From the IMG/VR virus record IMGVR_UViG_3300036778_000025, positions 1 through 42,271 of that record: a stretch of 42,271 nt of DNA, one strand, 5' to 3'. The notes below the pieces were generated by a model. It was not told the origin of the DNA and ran no database searches. It saw only the letters and a program-made list of their open reading frames with translations. Below are positions 26,479 through 33,628 of the stretch, one piece after another; position 1 is the stretch's first letter, and the number at the start of each line of letters is the position of its first letter. Origin of the DNA: a virus (taxonomy: Duplodnaviria; Caudoviricetes). The position numbers and the translations under genes are program-made.

Positions 26479-26879
26479 TACAGATACTCCACCCGCAATC
26501 GTTCATAGGTCGGGCGCCCGCGCGCCATCTCGCGCAGGGTTTTTGCCGCCGCGCCGGACCCGACGTCGACGCCTTGCACGCCGCCGAGCCCGGAATTTTT
26601 CAGCATCACAAAATCGGCGTCGTTGACGCCGAACTTGAGACAGACCTCGCCGGCGATGATGGAGACGAGCTCGCGATAATATTCCGCCGGCGTCACATCC
26701 GGATCGGGGATGTAGACGATATTCAGCGCGCCGAGCTTGGCCATGACCGAGTCGAGCTCCTCGCTGACATAGGCGAAGTCCTCAGGGTCGGTAGGCTGGC
26801 CGGATTGCTTGACCTTGAGTTCCTTGAGCACGCCTTCGATCAGATCATTAGCGGTGCGGGTCGGCCCGGTCATCGCCAT
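26478..26879 (-). CDS. Head-tail adaptor, P22 gp4-like
   Basis: RTANDLIEGVLKELKVKQSGQPTDPED; position before the hub gene. Confidence 0.7.
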   Translation of the reverse strand: MAMTGPTRTANDLIEGVLKELKVKQSGQPTDPEDFAYVSEELDSVMAKLGALNIVYIPDPDVTPAEYYRELVSIIAGEVCLKFGVNDADFVMLKNSGLGGVQGVDVGSGAAAKTLREMARGRPTYERLRVEYL

Positions 26880-26882
26880 CGG

Positions 26883-27374
26883 CTAGCGTCCGCGCGCTTG
26901 CTGGCGGGCGAGCTTGGCCGCCTGCTTCAATTCATCGGCGCGGATATCGATGAACGGCCGCAACGCGCGCAGGTCCTCGTCGGTCATCATGCATTGCTCG
27001 CGCAGGTCTTCCTCCGCCTCGAAGCGCTGCCGCAATCGAGTCAAATCGGTTTCCGACTTGAGCCAATGCTGCACGTGCAGCCGATACTCTGCGGGCGTGC
27101 ACATTTCGTCCTCAGCGGGCAGTTTGCGCTCCGGCTTGGTTTCGCCCTCGATGCGGAAATTCGGGTTGCTGCGCGCCATTTCGGCGTAGGTGACCTTGCG
27201 CTCGCGTGGCACCCGCACGACCGTTCCGTCCGGGCGTTCCGAGGCGACCGTTTCCATAATCACATAGCCGGCGTCGTCGGGCAGGCTTTCCGGCATGTTG
27301 GCTTTGAAGCGGCGCGCGCCCCAGATAACAAAATTTGGCTCGTCGGGCGGCGGGTCATAGATGATCTTGATCAT
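26883..27374 (-). CDS. Hypothetical head-region protein
   Basis: 163 aa, ATGA coupled. Confidence 0.65.
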   Translation of the reverse strand: MIKIIYDPPPDEPNFVIWGARRFKANMPESLPDDAGYVIMETVASERPDGTVVRVPRERKVTYAEMARSNPNFRIEGETKPERKLPAEDEMCTPAEYRLHVQHWLKSETDLTRLRQRFEAEEDLREQCMMTDEDLRALRPFIDIRADELKQAAKLARQQARGR

Positions 27375-27817
27375 GTGAATATCGATCCTGTCCAGTTGCC
27401 GAGATTGCCGACTCCCGCCGGCGGGCCACCGCCAACCGGCGACGGCAACGCTTCGGCAACGAAAACCCCGAAGTTGCCGGCGGCAAGAACCACGCGGCCG
27501 GTGATCGCACCGAACGCCGCGGGCGATCCGTTCATGCTGTCCGAGTTGCCCACCGCATCGGCATAGGCAAAGACGTTCATTGCGGCGGTGCCGTCATTGA
27601 TGACAACAATGATCGAGCTTGCGTCAAGCGTATCGAGTGACGGCAGCACCGCGTTTGACGATGCGGCACCTTTGGTGAACCGCGCGAGCCGACCGAGAAC
27701 GCGCGGCGAAGCTGCGGTCAGGTTATTGCCGGCGGTGGTTCCTGCGGTCTGATTATCGACCATGGCCAGCCCGAGGCGGGTGAACGCCTGTCGCGCGGCG
27801 TTGGTTGCGTTTGACAT
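27371..27817 (-). CDS. Putative head decoration/fibre protein
   Basis: AAGGAG RBS; AVLPS...IVVINDGTAAMNVFA beta motif. Confidence 0.6.
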   Translation of the reverse strand: MSNATNAARQAFTRLGLAMVDNQTAGTTAGNNLTAASPRVLGRLARFTKGAASSNAVLPSLDTLDASSIIVVINDGTAAMNVFAYADAVGNSDSMNGSPAAFGAITGRVVLAAGNFGVFVAEALPSPVGGGPPAGVGNLGNWTGSIFT

Positions 27818-27841
27818 AGTTGCTCTCCTTTCAACGAATTG

Positions 27842-27863
27842 GGGCCGGCACAAATGCCGGCCC
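27842..27863 (-). terminator. GC hairpin after the capsid and cement genes
   Basis: GGGCCGGCA-CAAA-TGCCGGCCC perfect 9-bp stem; weak U-tract. Confidence 0.5.
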
Positions 27864-27881
27864 GGTTGTTATGGTGCCTGC

Positions 27882-28505
27882 TCAGCAGCCGGGCGGACGT
27901 GCCGGTTGTCCCGGCTGCGGCGTTCCTTGTGCACAGTTGCCGTCGTTGGGCGGGATATATTCGATGATGATCGAAGCCAACCCCGCTGGGGTTGCGTTAG
28001 GAGCGCCGGTGGCAACCCATTTCACCCATAGATCAAAGCCGCCGTTGAAGCCGGACGGCGAGGTTGTCGTCGACGGGGTGTTGCCGATGACGTTGATCGA
28101 TGCCGGCACCACCGTGCCGGTGGCAAGTCCCACCGTCTGCAGGTTCATGGTGGTGGTAACGATTTCATTGGCGCTGGCCTGGGTGATGCCCAAGGTCAAC
28201 GCATCGGAGGTGGTCGAGTTGAACGGAATATAAACCGCCAGATACACGCGCGTCACGATGGCATTGAACGGCAGGCTGGCGGTCGCCAGCTGCACCGTAC
28301 AAGTACCGGCCACGGGGGTGCCGCACATGCCGACGGTCAGCGTGTTGCGGATGTAGTGCGTCATCTGCTCGGTGTATTGCCGCGGCGTTGGCCGCCGCGT
28401 GGTGGTCGAGCCCGCCGGGATCACCTGCGCGAATGCAGGCCACGCCGCCGCCAGCAGCATCAAGCCTGAACCTGATGCGGCAACAAGGTTACGGATGCTA
28501 CGCAT
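27882..28505 (-). CDS. Capsid cement/decoration-like protein with signal peptide
   Basis: AAGGAGG RBS; MRSIRNLVAASGSGLMLLAAAWPAFA|Q; LPFNAIVTRVYLAV..PFNSTTSDALTLG; directly follows the capsid gene. Confidence 0.7.
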   Translation of the reverse strand: MRSIRNLVAASGSGLMLLAAAWPAFAQVIPAGSTTTRRPTPRQYTEQMTHYIRNTLTVGMCGTPVAGTCTVQLATASLPFNAIVTRVYLAVYIPFNSTTSDALTLGITQASANEIVTTTMNLQTVGLATGTVVPASINVIGNTPSTTTSPSGFNGGFDLWVKWVATGAPNATPAGLASIIIEYIPPNDGNCAQGTPQPGQPARPPGC

Positions 28506-28533
28506 GGGGTGGTCCTCCTTTCCTTGTTTGCCG

Positions 28534-29682
28534 TTACTGATCAGACGCCGCGGCGGTGAACAGGGTGAACACGCCCCATTCCTTGTAGTTGCCGAGATTG
28601 TTGGTCTTGGCGATTTTCTTCATGCCGTAGGCCATCTTGATGCCGACGCCGCGATAGAACTGATAGTCGTCTTCGCGTAGGAACGTCGGCATCGGCATGC
28701 GGCCCCAACCCCAGGCAACCGCGCCTTGTCCGCACATGAACGCCGGGGCAACCTGGCCGGTGGCGGCGCCGCCGGTGGTGTAAGTTGTCGGCAAGCGGGT
28801 GGTGAGCGGCGGGATCTCCCGGATGATGACGCCGTCCCAGATCAGATCACCGTCCTGGAAGATCGGGTTTTTGTCGAGCCCGTCGCCTTCGCGCGGACGC
28901 GCCTGGGTGTTGGCCTGGATGATCGCTGGGTCGGCCTTCAGATCGCGAAACTGGAAGGTGTTCGCGAACAGCACGAAATACTCCCGGCCGTCTTTCAGCT
29001 TGTAGGGCCGGATGCGCGGTTGTGCGAGCTTGGCCAGCCGCTTGCCTTTGCTGACCATCGTCGCCGACAAGGTCATGGCCTGGGTGACGTTGCCGAGCGA
29101 CCCGGAAAAGTTGCTGCTCACCAAGTTGCCGACGGCGCCGCCGAACAGCACCCGGTCGGCATTGTCGCCGACCCAGAGGTTACGGGCCGTTGCGCCGGCC
29201 GCATCCAACAAGGCACCGTTGACGCGTTGCCCAGCCGATGAGCCCAACCCTGCTGGCGGGGTGGTGGCGATCGGGATTGCATAGAGCGTATCGGTGAGTT
29301 CATCGATATGCAGTTCCTTACCCCAATCTTCCAGCAGCGGCCGCGCCTGACCGAACAGGTCGATCGAGGATTTCTGTTCTTCCGAGATCGGAATCTTGAT
29401 GGCATTGCGCGCCCAGTCGATCCACATCCGGTCGCCGTAGTTGTCGATCGACTCTTCGTTGCCGACCAGGGCGCCGGTCGAGATCGCGGTGCTTCGCAAC
29501 CGGGCGATCAGCGGAATGTTGATCTGCTCGCCGCCTTTCTTCAAATCCGGGATTACCCGGAAGATCGCGGTCATTTCCTGGCCCACATAGGGCGAGTAGA
29601 GGTTCTGTCTGACGTATTCCCGATATACCTGTTTGGAGAACACGATCAGTTTGTTGTTGGGACTGACGGTCGTAACAGCCAT
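28534..29682 (-). CDS. Major capsid protein (DUF4043/N4-gp56-like)
   Basis: DLKKGGEQINIPLIARL, LVGNEE, AQPRIRP and NPIFQDGDLIWDGVIIRE motifs. Confidence 0.92.
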   Translation of the reverse strand: MAVTTVSPNNKLIVFSKQVYREYVRQNLYSPYVGQEMTAIFRVIPDLKKGGEQINIPLIARLRSTAISTGALVGNEESIDNYGDRMWIDWARNAIKIPISEEQKSSIDLFGQARPLLEDWGKELHIDELTDTLYAIPIATTPPAGLGSSAGQRVNGALLDAAGATARNLWVGDNADRVLFGGAVGNLVSSNFSGSLGNVTQAMTLSATMVSKGKRLAKLAQPRIRPYKLKDGREYFVLFANTFQFRDLKADPAIIQANTQARPREGDGLDKNPIFQDGDLIWDGVIIREIPPLTTRLPTTYTTGGAATGQVAPAFMCGQGAVAWGWGRMPMPTFLREDDYQFYRGVGIKMAYGMKKIAKTNNLGNYKEWGVFTLFTAAASDQ

Positions 29683-29709
29683 GGCTTACGCTCCTGCGAG
29701 CGCGCGCCC

Positions 29710-30717
29710 TCATGAGCGGCGATCGCTGAAAGCGAAATCGTTGTAGGATTGCGGTTTGGAATCGTACATGCCGGGATCATCCGGGACGACTCGTCGGCCG
29801 CCGGCCGAGTTCAACGATTTCGGCAATTGCGTCATCTGGCGCGCTGGCGCCGGACGCGGGGGAACGCCGTTCGACTGAGATTGCCGCCGAGCATCTGGAA
29901 TCTGGTAACCGAACCGATCCGCCTGTGCCACGAACGCGTCGTACTCGCGCTGCTCGCGTTCCTGCTGCAGTTTTTCGATCTGCTCACGGCCGCCGCCCTG
30001 ACGTTCCCACATCTTCACGAGGGAACCGGCCGGATCGGGCGAGTCGCGCAGGTATTCGAACAATTGCTGACGGTTGCGCGGGTCGTGCAGGTTGAGGCTT
30101 TGCATGGCCCAGTTGCCCGCGGCTTGGACTTTCCAGCCCTCGTCGGGGTCGCGTTCGGCATGGTTGAGCATGCGCACGATGCGGTCGTTCTGATCGAACA
30201 GGCGGGCACCGTCGGGGTCGAGAATCGGATCGGGACGCGGCTGCGGTGGTTGCTGTGGCTGTTGCGGCTGCATGCGCCGCATCGCCTCCATCTCGCCGCG
30301 CAAGCGGTTGAGCTCCGCCTCTTGTTCGCGCTGGCGCGTTTCGACTTCACGCCGGCGCGTGGTTTCCTCCTGTAGCCGGGTGAGTGGAATGCGCTGCTCC
30401 GGTGCCGGTGGCGGCATTGGTCCGCCATCGTCGTCTTCCGTCTCGTCCTGTTCCTCGTCGTCCGCTTCGTCCTGTTCCTGCTCGTCGCCGGGATCGGCCG
30501 TCACGTCGTCTTGTGGCAGGCCTTCGATATCTTCCGGTTGTTCGAGTGAACGATCATCATCGTCGCCGGGCTCGATATCGCCATCGAGATCGGGATCGTG
30601 ATTGAACGCGGCGCGCGCCTGCTCGTCGAAGGTCTCCGCCACCATGGCGTTGATCTCATCGTCGAGCGGGCTTTCCATGCGATTCATCTGCTCGGGGGAA
30701 ATCTCAGTCTTAGGCAT
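29710..30717 (-). CDS. Scaffolding protein
   Basis: Acidic N-terminus, RIPLTRLQE coiled coil, PDPILDPDG, LPKSLNS; precedes the capsid gene. Confidence 0.85.
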   Translation of the reverse strand: MPKTEISPEQMNRMESPLDDEINAMVAETFDEQARAAFNHDPDLDGDIEPGDDDDRSLEQPEDIEGLPQDDVTADPGDEQEQDEADDEEQDETEDDDGGPMPPPAPEQRIPLTRLQEETTRRREVETRQREQEAELNRLRGEMEAMRRMQPQQPQQPPQPRPDPILDPDGARLFDQNDRIVRMLNHAERDPDEGWKVQAAGNWAMQSLNLHDPRNRQQLFEYLRDSPDPAGSLVKMWERQGGGREQIEKLQQEREQREYDAFVAQADRFGYQIPDARRQSQSNGVPPRPAPARQMTQLPKSLNSAGGRRVVPDDPGMYDSKPQSYNDFAFSDRRS

Positions 30718-30729
30718 TGCGTGGTCTCT

Positions 30730-30815
30730 CCTGTGACGTCGGACAGTGTACGAATCGACCCTTTGCGCCGGCCGGGGTGCGCGCGCCTGTGACGTCGGTG
30801 CGGTACGGATCGCCC
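30730..30815. repeat. Direct repeat in the scaffold gene leader
   Basis: CCTGTGACGTCGG at 30730 and 30786, each followed by ...GTACG.ATCG.CC. Confidence 0.75.
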
Positions 30816-30861
30816 GTCAGAGTCGGCGGCACTCCCAGCGATGACGCTCGCTGGCGGCGAA

Positions 30862-32232
30862 CTAGTTGATCGACAATCCTTGCAGGATTGAGCGCAGCTC
30901 AGCCCCCATCAGCGGATAGCTGTTGAGGTTCGGGTGCACGCCCTGGCAAGTGTATTTGTACGCGGTGCCGTCGGTCAGCCATTTCCAGCGGGTGCTGGAG
31001 TCCTGCGTCGTTGCCAAGGTTAGCTGGCCGTCGATCGGCGCGGTCTGATACATGGTGTTGATCTGGTCGCCGACCTGCCCGGTATTGAAGCCGTTGCCCG
31101 GCGTTTGGTTGGCGGCCGTTGCCCAGTTGTCGGTGCTCGACGTACGCTGGTTCATCTGCATGACGACGATACGCTCTACGCCAACGGCGCGCGCGTTCTG
31201 CCACATCTGCAGATTATTATTGTAGATCGTCGCGGCGACGCCACCGGGGACGTCGTTGGCGCCCATGTCGTCAAACAGAACATTGGCATACTGCAAATAG
31301 GTTACCGATTTTGTCCAGGTCAGCGCTTCGGCTGCCCCACTGCCGCCCTGAGTGATCTTTGTGTACGGGATGGCCCCCGAGATTGCGCCACCGGCGCCGA
31401 GCGCCGCGTGGGGCATCAAGCCGTAGCCGGTGGCGATCATATTTCCTGAGTCGGCGCAGGCTGCTCCGCCGGAACTGACCTGATAATCATCGTTGCCGAC
31501 CGACCAGGAGGCGCCGATATTGGCGACCGCCAGATGCCCCGCGGTTGCGCAGCGGCCGAGAATGGCGGACGGGCCGTAACCATAATTCTGTGCCAGCGAC
31601 CCGCTCGGCGCGGTCATTGCACCGGTCGCATAGACCTGATCGATGTCATTTGCCGGTGGATACAGATAGCTTGCCGTCCCGGCATAATTGATGCCGGTAT
31701 TGGCGCCTTCCGGCAGGTTTCCCGCCGCTGGGATCGTGCCGGTGATTCTGATCCAGTAAAGCTGGTTTGGCACCAGTGATATCGTCAACGTGTCGCTGTG
31801 CTGATTGGAAGCGCCATCGGCCAGCGTGGTCCCGGCGAGCCCGCCGAACTTGATAGGTGTGAAAGTGGTTGGGCTGGTGTTTTCCAGCGCGACCTTGACG
31901 ATGGTCATGGCTTGTCCGAGGTTGGTTTCCACCACCGGGGTGCCCGCCTGCAGATAGAAGTTGTCAAACGCCAGCGTGAGCTCGGTTGCCGGGCAACCGA
32001 AGATGACCGGTATGCGCGCCACGAATTGCGTTCGTGTGGTCTGCGCGGAGGCTAAAAACGGTATCACACCATTGGTCCCGATGATCCGCACCGGCTGCAA
32101 CCCCGGCTGCGATCCAGAAGTCTTGTAGGATTGCGCATAGGCGGCGAAAGCGAACAGCAAAACGCCGGCTAGGGCACCGAGTTGACCAAAAACTCGATTT
32201 GCGGCGCGCTTGCGTCTGCTACGATCGTCCAT
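30862..32232 (-). CDS. SGNH/GDSL hydrolase with N-terminal beta domain and signal peptide
   Basis: AGGA RBS; ...LGALAGVLLFAFAAYA|Q; blocks IGASWS, QGGSG, MGAND and QGVHPN. Confidence 0.75.
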   Translation of the reverse strand: MDDRSRRKRAANRVFGQLGALAGVLLFAFAAYAQSYKTSGSQPGLQPVRIIGTNGVIPFLASAQTTRTQFVARIPVIFGCPATELTLAFDNFYLQAGTPVVETNLGQAMTIVKVALENTSPTTFTPIKFGGLAGTTLADGASNQHSDTLTISLVPNQLYWIRITGTIPAAGNLPEGANTGINYAGTASYLYPPANDIDQVYATGAMTAPSGSLAQNYGYGPSAILGRCATAGHLAVANIGASWSVGNDDYQVSSGGAACADSGNMIATGYGLMPHAALGAGGAISGAIPYTKITQGGSGAAEALTWTKSVTYLQYANVLFDDMGANDVPGGVAATIYNNNLQMWQNARAVGVERIVVMQMNQRTSSTDNWATAANQTPGNGFNTGQVGDQINTMYQTAPIDGQLTLATTQDSSTRWKWLTDGTAYKYTCQGVHPNLNSYPLMGAELRSILQGLSIN

Positions 32233-33275
32233 GTTGTTCCTACTAAAGTCGCTGGCCAAGTTCCGAAGGTGCTGCTGCCGCCGGTACAAGCCGCCCCGGC
32301 ACAGGAAACCGCGGCGGCCATGTTCACCAATGAATTGCTGGCGCCGGCATTGACCTGCGTTCCGCCGATGTAGCCGACCGCCGCGGTTCCGCCGGAGAGG
32401 CCGTTCACCACCACGGTTGAATTGTCGGCGTTGATGCACCACCACAGATTGGAGGTGCCGTTGGCGCCGTTGACGCCAACTTGCTGATTGGCGCCGAGGG
32501 CAGCGTTGAAGGCGCCGGCGGCCGCCGTGCTGATGCTTGGCGTGGAACTGAGCAGCAGGCCGGGCCGTCCGGTGACGTTGGAATAAAGCGCAAGCTGAAT
32601 GTTGCCGGCGGCGGCCAGGGTGCTGATACGCGTGCCCAGGCTTGAGATTGTCAGCCGCTGGCCGACTTGCCCGAACGTACATTTGATCACGCTGGCGGTC
32701 GCCGCGGCGCCATTGGTAAAACTGCCCGAGTTGAGCGGCTGATACCAGTTGGCGGCGACGTAGCCGGGATGGCTCGGCGCAATCACCGAGCCCGGAACAC
32801 CGAGTAAGACCGTGTAGTTTGTTCCATCAGATACAATCCGCGCGGCTTGCCCCGGCAGCAATTGCCGATAGGCGATCGTATCGATGGTTGAGGTTGCCGG
32901 CGTGATGGTGACAATGCCGCTGCCGCTGTTGCGATAGTCCGCATACCATCCAGCGATGAATTGGCTGGCGGCGCCCGCCTGCGGCAAGGTGACGGCGACG
33001 GCGCCGGCGTTGGTGAAATTGGTTAGCGTTCCGCAATCGGCATTAGCGATCGTGTAAGTCGCGCCGGTCTGCGGATTGATCATCTCGACCGCAGTGATCG
33101 TGCCGGCTGACGTGATTGGGTTGGGCGCAGCGACTGAGGCACAGCCGCCGCCAACTGATGTCACCGTGCCGACGCCGCCGCCACCACCGCCGCCACCACC
33201 ATTGAAGATGCCATCGGCCAGCGCCGGGCCGGTCAGCAGAAGCAGGAGGACGCTGAGTTTATTGCGTATCGACAT
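32169..33275 (-). CDS. Fibre-like virion protein with signal peptide
   Basis: MSIRNKLSVLLLLLTGPALA|DG; GTVTSV...PITSAGTI and QTGATYTI...VTLP...SDGTNY fibre motifs. Confidence 0.7.
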   Translation of the reverse strand: MSIRNKLSVLLLLLTGPALADGIFNGGGGGGGGGVGTVTSVGGGCASVAAPNPITSAGTITAVEMINPQTGATYTIANADCGTLTNFTNAGAVAVTLPQAGAASQFIAGWYADYRNSGSGIVTITPATSTIDTIAYRQLLPGQAARIVSDGTNYTVLLGVPGSVIAPSHPGYVAANWYQPLNSGSFTNGAAATASVIKCTFGQVGQRLTISSLGTRISTLAAAGNIQLALYSNVTGRPGLLLSSTPSISTAAAGAFNAALGANQQVGVNGANGTSNLWWCINADNSTVVVNGLSGGTAAVGYIGGTQVNAGASNSLVNMAAAVSCAGAACTGGSSTFGTWPATLVGTTWTIVADASAPQIEFLVNSVP

Positions 33276-33612
33276 AGACGAAATCCCCGGCAGTGGCACA
33301 GGTCACCGCAACATTGTCGTTGGGAATGTAGGGGTAATAGCGCTGGTAGGACCCGCCCGGTATCAGCAGGATTGCGCGCGCCTTGGTGGCGCTGGCGGTG
33401 GGCCCGAGAAACACCCAGCAGCTATCGGTCGCGTTGTTGTTCTGGATGGTGAGCGAGCGGCGTGAGGTAGCGCCGGCGGTCAAGCCGGGCACACTCTGGA
33501 ATGAGCTGGCGACGGCGATGGTCACCGACAGATTGAGGGTCGGCGCCATTGACTGACCGAACGCCGGAAATGATAAGGCCGCCATCACAGCGGCCAGTGT
33601 CAAGCGTCGCAT
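33259..33612 (-). CDS. Small beta-sandwich virion-type protein with signal peptide
   Basis: MRRLTLAAVMAALSFPAFG|Q; RRSLTIQNN...WVFLG...ILLIPGGSY. Confidence 0.7.
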   Translation of the reverse strand: MRRLTLAAVMAALSFPAFGQSMAPTLNLSVTIAVASSFQSVPGLTAGATSRRSLTIQNNNATDSCWVFLGPTASATKARAILLIPGGSYQRYYPYIPNDNVAVTCATAGDFVYVDTQ

Positions 33613-33628
33613 TGATGTCCCCTATGGC

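Noticed and set aside
32233-32682. 606-aa version of the SGNH protein
   Set aside because: The Arg-rich extension is an alternate frame of the upstream gene; ATG 32232 has an RBS.
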